A DNA stretch of 58,254 nucleotides, counting the filler, from Sphacelaria rigidula (taxonomy: Eukaryota), in the NCBI GenBank assembly GCA_964200075.2. It is 7 parts of 7 records of this genome, joined end to end, with 100 filler letters (N's around TTAATTAATTAA, not from the genome) between each part and the next. Parts side by side here need not be neighbours in the genome. Positions count along the whole stretch, not along the records: positions 50,019 to 58,254 come from CAXNAA020011826.1; 6 more parts are not named here. The stretch is one strand, 5' to 3'. The notes below the pieces were generated by a model. That model saw only the letters and a program-made list of their open reading frames with translations. It did no database searches and had not been told where the DNA came from. A program made the translations under genes and the position numbers. Of the stretch, positions 50,490 to 58,254 are shown piece after piece; the first letter of the stretch is position 1, and each line of letters opens with the position of its first letter.

Positions 50490-50945
50490 GTGGAATACCA
50501 CCGGGAAGACAACGACCCAGGCCTCGACTCTAGCGCTAGAACATTTCTGCATGCGAGACATCGGGAGATATACGACTTTATACGTTTTTCGCTTTTCCCG
50601 TGGAATGTCGCGATAAGCAGACTTGGCATCACTTCCTTGTATTGGCTGCTCTTCGGGAATAGGTTACGCCCCCAAAATGGCTCTGATGCTCCACTAAATG
50701 AACGCGGTTTCCGGATATACCTCACTTCGCAGGTCTTGAAAATTGATTTGAAGAATAGTGTTGTGCTCCCACCGAGCACAGGAAACCACCAAGATGCTAC
50801 AGGCACGCATTTTCAGTATTTCAGGGAAAACTGTCGGAGGCATTTTTTTTTTCTGTTGGGGCTGTGGCTCTCATGCAGGTTCCGTTTTTTCGTCGACGCT
50901 TACCGTTCTGCTTCGCAGGCCGTCGCTTGCGCTGTGCTTGCACTG
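50490..50945 (+). pseudogene. Possible spliced KDZ-type transposase relic
   Basis: Exon-like 50490-50662 and 50879-50945 join to give REIYDFIRFSLFPW..LFGNRFRFFVDAYRSASQAVAC. This is reminiscent of the KDZ YDxxC..FxVDxFHxxxH..C motif but with the Cys and His residues altered. Confidence 0.3.
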
Positions 50946-51273
50946 GTAGGTCTTGGCCCCGAGTACCCCGTAAATTCCGTGTAGCATCCGGCTCGGCTTG
51001 GGTGAGTTAAAGCATGGGTATTCCGGCTGGTGCATACCGGAACGACTAACCCAAGCTTTTGGATTTCAATCTGGAAGTAGCACCATTTAACAAGCCCAAT
51101 CCCAAGCTTTCTTTTCGGACGTGAATGATGACAGTATAAACGAAGATGTTCGGGCGTAAATGTGCTGTCCTCTCGATAATGGTGAGGTAATTGAACAACT
51201 GTTCACGCTTCTTAATTGAGCCTGTGAGCTTCAAGTACCTAAATGAAATAATCAAGGTGACAGTAAATATGCT

Positions 51274-51622
51274 CAACGTTGTGCTCTGTAGGATACGGGT
51301 ATGTTTGGAGAGGACATGAGATTCATTATAGAACGCACAGAGCTGTCGGGTAGCGGTACGGAAGGCTTACAGGACTCACAGACTAATTCGGGTACGGTAT
51401 AGAGGTTGTACAGAAACCCTCACCCGCAACCGGATATTCCTACGAAGGCACACCCGTACACCCCGGGTAAGGGTAAACATTTCGTACAGATATTACAGAC
51501 CTGCCGGGTGACGGTATAAAAAGCTTACAGAAACTCACAGAACTGTCGGGCGCGGGGAATGGAATACCCGGGGGTTTACCCGGGCATTCAAAAAAATGAT
51601 ATCCTACTGAACACAAAACTTG
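51274..51622. mobile_element. MITE of the CAAGGTTGTGTTCTGTAGGATAC family
   Basis: Ends CAACGTTGTGCTCTGTAGGATAC and GATATCCTACTGAACACAAAACTTG. Internal repeats match 21104-21725. Confidence 0.75.
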
Positions 51623-52060
51623 GAATTTTCGCTCAGTTGACGTCTGATGAAAGATTATCGGCGAAGCTGGAATACCATGTGCAAGTTTTACTGGACAGAG
51701 CTGTGATACTATTGGAAGGAACACCACTTTTCAATACCTGTGAAATTTCACTCCCTCGGCACGAGCCGGACATGAGTTTTACATGACCTCCTTTGAACCA
51801 GGTCTGGGAACATTGACACGTGCAATGACAAGCGTAACGCCGGTCATGTTGACATGCCGCAATAAACGGTTCATATGTGATCATATTGAATTTAGTATAG
51901 CTCCGTACCACCGAAACATCACCGATAAAACCCCATCCCCGAGCAAGGTTCCCGCGGGACAAGTCAGCCGGTGGTGTTGGCCCGACTCTGGGGGTCGCGG
52001 GCAAAAGGTTGAATTGTAAAACTGTTGCCGTCAGAAGCGCGCGTTTACCTTCGGGCGTGA

Positions 52061-52396
<336 letters not shown>

Positions 52397-53599
52397 TACA
52401 AAAGTGCTCGTAAGAGTAGTGACAGTAGAAGCTATTAATAAATAGTCGTAGTGGACGGGTCGCAGTCGTGGAGCTCGGGTGGGTGCAGTCGAAAACACGT
52501 TACGCTCACGAACAGGAGGGCCAACCGGGTAGGAGTCCGGATCAGGCACGCAAGTACCTGGTGATGGTGGCGACTAAGAGTGTCGAAGTTCTCGAAGTGC
52601 ATACCCTTTTTGAGCAGTTTCCCTCCCGTAGATGCAGTGCACTGTTGTTCTATCTTTAGCAAGCGACTGGGATGCAGCGTGACATCCCTTGATTTTGTGT
52701 AATTTTTGCAGGGAAAGTAGGAGCTACAGTATACACTACCTGAGTGTTGTTAACCTTGAAGCCTCATTGATTTTGCTTAGCTGTTTTGACGTTAATCTTC
52801 TGCCTATTGTTTTGAAATTGTGCTATCGGTATGTGCGTAAAACCTCTGGTGATTTCGTGTTGTGTACTTTCTTGTTGACAGGAGTCGACACTAGCATATA
52901 GCATATTCGTATCCAAGCGATTGCCATGTTTCACAATATATTTCCGTCGCCTTGGCTGTAGCATTTGATTCGGGTTGCGCACTTGGAACGCGCTCTCCGT
53001 GGCAACAACGCAGGCACTTGAAGTGCAGTCATTCCTCACCCGATCCAAACATCGCTCTTGAATGAGTGTGGGGCGTGGATAGTAGAGTTTGTTCCTCTGA
53101 ATTAGCGATGAGTGTAAACATCAATCTTCGAATCTTTGGTGAGATTCTTTGGTGAGATTGGTAGTCCTAAATGCTCCTACTGTTCGTAGGATGGGTTTTT
53201 GTCCAAGTCGATGCCGGTGGCGGATTTGAGGTCTTCCCCCCGCATGCTTTGCATTCGGCACCCGTTGCATCTCCTTATGTAGGCTATCATCCACATGCAA
53301 GATGGTCAGTACGCTTCGGGCCGAACAATCTTTACAGGATGAAGCGCACCCTTCGAGCGACTCGCCGAACACATTACGGTGCTTCGAGCTTGGTAATTGA
53401 TTGCGAGGCTGGTCCGGCGATAAAAACGGCGTGCCCCGTCCGGCTTTGTAGGTATGCCAGGTGAACGGTTGTATGACTACGGCATGCAAGATCATGCGTA
53501 CACGTCCTCGCCCGAGGGCCCTTGGTGTGCGCTGGTTTGCGGTTAGGTTAAGGTTCTAATTATTTCAGGGTTGGATTCGCGTTTTCTCTAGAATATGTC

Positions 53600-53736
53600 G
53601 ATTTCCTCATACCTTCTTATACGTGGCTGGCCTGTGACCACGGAAGGCGTCCGCATCAGATGCCCAGTACGACTGTACCGCGCAGATATCGGAACGTTTT
53701 TTAATGTGAAGACAACAACAACAACAACAACAACAA
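53600..53736 (+). repeat. Retroposon-like 3' end with (CAA)n tail
   Basis: ...TTAATGTGAAGA followed by about eight CAA units. This resembles LINE/SINE tails (inference). Confidence 0.45.
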
Positions 53737-55836
53737 TGCCAACCTCAGATAAATTGGGGGTGAAGTGGGACAAGCATCCCTCGGCATGTCGGGCTACCTG
53801 GTGAGGATGCCGTTTTCTCCGGCACGCATAAAAGGAGCAATATGGGGACACAAAATTAGAATGATACCTCCGGAGTCACGCGGGGGGGGTGGTCGAGGGA
53901 GCGAGGGAGGGAAGGTAAACGGGGGGTGCATATTTTTGGAAGTTGAAATTCGACGGTTTAGTTTTTTTCAATGCATAGGCTTCGAATATTTCATGCGGAG
54001 ACGCACAGCCAGTAGTAGATGCATCGGTAGATACACTGTTGTACTATCCGCTTGGTCGAGGTGTACCCCGAATTACTCGCTGTGCTGAAGTGTGTGCGAA
54101 CGCGTGAGTAATACTATTTTTAAGTCTCCCGCACTCGACCTTTCGCTGACCTCGTTGTCCCGGGCCCCGAATTGCTGTAGCCAACTAGCACTAGAAAGCG
54201 TACCCGGTGTCGGTGCTTACATCAGTACATTTTGGTATCGGGACGATGATCTGCCCTACTTCAATGGTTGTGTACGAGAATTTCCAGACTTCGTTGATGA
54301 CATGTGCTCGCGGACATTTTATTCAGTGTGGCATGCTGTGTGCATGGTTTAGGTATAGCTCCATGAAAAGTCTTACAGTCAGATGAAAGTAGTATATAGG
54401 TGTGAATCTTCTCGAGTCGGTATTCTTGGCTTGCAGTAGTCACAAGCAATCGAAATTGTCGGCCCCTCAGCCCCCCCCCCCCCCCCCCCCCCGTTCTTCC
54501 ACGCTCTACGGTTCTTCCGCCGCATCCGTAGTTATCACGCATTTACATATGTTGCCTGAAGAGGCACCGACTCGAGTTGGCGCTCCTAGTAATGCGCCCT
54601 GCTACCAGCAGTGCTGTATGCAGTGGTAACCTTGAATTATCGATTATTCGGACGAGATCGAGAGAAGTGCGAGCAATCGCTTGAAAAACTAGGGACGAAG
54701 CACGGATATATTGTGTATAATATGCGTGCGTGTGGCGCATAGAAAATGTGAGAATACGCCGAAGACGAGGGCGTACCAACGACCCAACAGGCAAGAACCG
54801 TCTTGATATGACGAGAGGGGTACATGATGTTGATACGAAGGACATTGTGGCATGCAGTGACATTTCGAATATGTTTCACGTCTAAGTTTGGCTTTGCTCG
54901 AGAGTCAATACTCTTCAATTTCGGGGTGCGACTACATCACCAACCCACTCGGGGAGTTCCACACCCTGGACAATGCATAATAGTCAATACTCGTAGTTGC
55001 AATAGACAAGAACTGTACTACGTAAAAGTATAGGCCTATTACAACAACTGTCGGACCCATAATAGTTGCAATATGCTTCACGCAGTACATTATATTTTTA
55101 GTGCAACTACTGCCCATATGTCGCCAAGGGCGAAGAAAGGTCACGGGTTGGTTGCGCACATTCCAATCCAACTTCATGTTTTTTTTTTCAATCTCACTCA
55201 GTGAATTTGATTCCTGCTGCGGGTAAAAAACAACGCCGAACCGTTTTTTTGCGACTCGTTTTTTGCTATATTTTCCCGGTCTAAAACCCCAATTGATTCC
55301 GGGTTTTGGGGGAAACCTTTGTCGAACAGAAACCAAACGCATCTCGCTGCAAGGGACACACAGCAGTTGCTGCTGCCTACCTCGTATCATCCTCCAAATC
55401 GAAGTCTTGAGTGAGACCGTCCAGCGTACAGCTGCTTGACGCGACCATTGCATTCTGCCACGGACCCTTCCCCACGTACCCGACAAGGGAGCACATCCCC
55501 GTACAGACAGTAGCAAAGCTAGCAAATCCTAGGTCCTGACAGTCTGGCAGCCGGCAATGTGGTTATGGTAGTGTCCTTCTAGCGATGTCAACTTACAGTG
55601 CACTGGAGCAGAGTTTGCAGGTGAATATTTTGGCGATTGCCTTACCTGCAGTTCGCTCAGATGTTGCGGATTATTTCACGGTTCCACTGAGTAACATTAA
55701 GCAGCGGATCCTGAAAAATGAGGTTCATATCAAAAACGAGGTTCAAGTGGCATATCTTTTTTGCAGGGACGATGCGAAACAGTAGCACAGAGCGACACCA
55801 TATTCCCCCCCCCAAATCCGCAACTGGGGATCATCA

Positions 55837-58207
55837 GTTGTGGCTAAATGCACCGAACGACTGCGGTGTACACGCGTGTCGATGACGATATCACTAGAGA
55901 GAGAAGCAACGTCAGAGAGGAAGCTCCTCGCCCGTGTCATTTGTGTGCCCTCGCTGGGCGATTACCAATCGCTCGAGAGACTGGCATCATGCATACTACC
56001 AGCACGTGCCGAATTTCTCATGTGCCTGTAGGTATCCCCAAAGCACATCGAGCTGCGGAGAGATTTCGTCTCTTTGTGGAGGTCACCAATGCGAAGATCG
56101 ATTTCTCTCTGCTTCTCTTCTTAGACTGGACGCGTTTCTGTGCGCTGAAAAGCTGGGCAATGTTCCCGTCACCGCTACTACTTTTCTCTGTCACACATAT
56201 GCCAGCAAGGACGGTGCGTTGTGCGGCAAAAATAAAGGATGATCCAATTTTCAATGTACTTGGGGGATGTTATTCATCGTTAATTTTACTCGACATGAGC
56301 ACAAGAGCCTGCCACAGACCAGTTGGGGTGTGTGTAAGAGAGAGATACAAAAACTTGTGGAGACCTTCTTGACATGCGGAGTGAAAAAAGATACCTACGG
56401 TGGAGACCTAACTGTTGCTGGCGTGGTGCAGAGGGGTGCGTCAGCTGCAATCTGGAGCTTGCGTTGCTCTACTCTACTGGCTTCCGTCTGCACAGCAAGT
56501 AAGAACATCTCATTATGTACCCAGATTCGGAACAGCTACTGTATGAAAACGAAACAATTCGGTTTTCGAAACTACGTCCAGATCATTGAAATGGCTCTCC
56601 TTACCCGAGGGAAAGTGTCCGCTTGGGATCCGTTCAAACGTTCCAAGATACGGTAGAAAAGCACCACCGAACTTTGCTGCCATTGGCATCCGCCAATGAG
56701 TACAGTACGAAATACAAATAGACTTTCAACGTTCTTGTTAGAAGGCAACGGGCATAAAACTGTTTGCAGATAGGAAAACGGGGATTTTCATAAACGAGAA
56801 ACTCTGCGTTTCCCCGTGGGCGTTACATGCACTTCCAAAACCTCTGCCGTCCTTGTTTCATACCTGACGGGGAAGTTCCATTTTTTCAACTCATTTCACA
56901 CAATGTAAAGGACTCTCAAGATATGCGGGGGAGGATGGCTTCCCCGCAGGAGGATGGCTTCCCCGCAGGAGGGTTTATCCTAATGAAAATCCGTGTTTTT
57001 CCACATGCAAATAGTTTCAGGGGCATAGCTTTCTGTTCGGAACGTAAAGCTCTCCATGTCACTTCGGTTCTATACTGATTGATCAATGTCAATCCTGGCG
57101 TAGTTTGGTATTGCCCTTCGACAGTATCTTCGCGCCTTTGACCAAACCCGAAGCGGCCACTCTCCCACATCTCTTGAGAGTCCTTTACATTGTGTGGGAT
57201 GAGTTGAAAAAATGGAACTGTTTAATTTTGACAACTCTTGTGAATTTCGCTTTTGTGACGAGGGGATTGTACAGACGCCGCGACAATCAGTACATGCAGA
57301 CAGCAGAGCGATGAAAGCTAGCTTTGACCGGGTTTGTCGGGCGTACTGCCGCCGGCGTTGCTTGAAAGCCACAAGACCTTTGCGGTCGGCGGTTGATGGC
57401 GTGGGTCTTAAATGCAACGACAAGTGATTGATCATATAGCACTCTTGTTCCTCGTGAAACATATCTCGCCCCTGCTCGTAATGAATGACCTCATCGGTTG
57501 GGAATCATCGAAAGCCACCGCAAGACACGTAGCGGGTGGGTGGGTGCTCAAGATTGCAGCATAGAGGCACCCCCATGCGCCACGCCAGCAACAGGTAGGT
57601 AACCACCATAGGTATATTTCATCCTCGGCATGACAAGAAGGTCTACATAAGTATTTGCTCTCTCTCTCACACACACACACCCAACTGGCGTGTGGGACGC
57701 TCTTGTCGTCGCGCACGCACGCGCAGGGTCACATGTCGGGTAAAATCAACTATGAATAACACTCCCCCAAGTTGCGATTTAGTCTGCTATTGCCGCAGCA
57801 CCGCCCTTGCTAGTATGTGTATGGCAGAGAACATTAGCGGCGACAGGGTTATCGCTCTGTTTTCCAACGACATGTTCTGCAGCGCACAGAGGCGCGTCCT
57901 GTCCAAAACAAGAGGCAGAGGGGAATCGATCTTTGCATTGGTAAGCTCCACAGCCAAAATGAGACGACACCTCGGCACCTCGATGTCTTTGGGGGGCTGT
58001 GCAGCAATAATCTGTCTACCGGCACATGAGAAATTGGGTACATGCTGGTGACATGCATGATGCAAGTCTCTCGAGCGATTGGGAATCGCCTAGCGAGGAC
58101 ACACAAAGGATACGGGCGAGGAGCTTCCTCTCTGCTGTTACTCCTCCGGTGGTATCGTCATCGACACGCGTGTACACTGCACTTATTCGGTGCACCTAGC
58201 CACAACC
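55837..58207. repeat. Large diverged inverted repeat: arms ~55837-56460 and ~57545-58207
   Basis: Shared blocks in opposite orientation, e.g. GTGTACACGCGTGTCGATGACGATA, CAGAGAGGAAGCTCCTCGCCCGT, CCAATCGCTCGAGAGACT, AGACCTTCTTG and CTGTTGCTGGCGTGG. Confidence 0.88.
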
Positions 58208-58254
58208 CTTTGGAAACGCAAGTGCTGATTCTTGTTTTGTGAATGTTTGTGAAT

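Overview
This is eukaryotic, intron-rich, repeat-rich nuclear DNA of about 50% GC. Flagellar genes, long GT-AG introns and the gene set suggest a stramenopile, probably a brown alga (inference). The window is not one locus. It is seven unlinked contigs of 8237/8236 bp, sorted by size and joined by artificial 44N-TTAATTAATTAA-44N linkers. Spliced genes were rebuilt by hand from phase-compatible exons. Contig 1 carries AATF/BFR2 (minus strand). Contig 2 carries a divergent ARL6/BBS3-like GTPase (minus) head-to-head with the first exon of radial spoke protein 3 (plus). Contig 3 carries four exons of a CocE/NonD (peptidase S15) hydrolase (plus). Contig 4 carries a decayed, apparently intron-containing Academ-like DNA transposon (DNxD, GxxH and Cys8 motifs, plus a coding 27-bp tandem array) interrupted by an Ac-like hAT MITE with an 8-bp TSD. 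Contig 5 carries one HIBCH exon (minus). Contig 6 carries three exons of a multi-TM, GPCR-like protein (plus). Contig 7 carries the last exon of a GH47 alpha-1,2-mannosidase, a possible KDZ transposase relic and a ~620-bp inverted duplication. Introns and intergenic DNA are filled with a tRNA-headed SINE, several fold-back and hAT MITE families, and (CAAT)n- or (CAA)n-tailed retroposon ends. No prokaryotic system, CRISPR array, rRNA or intact tRNA was seen.
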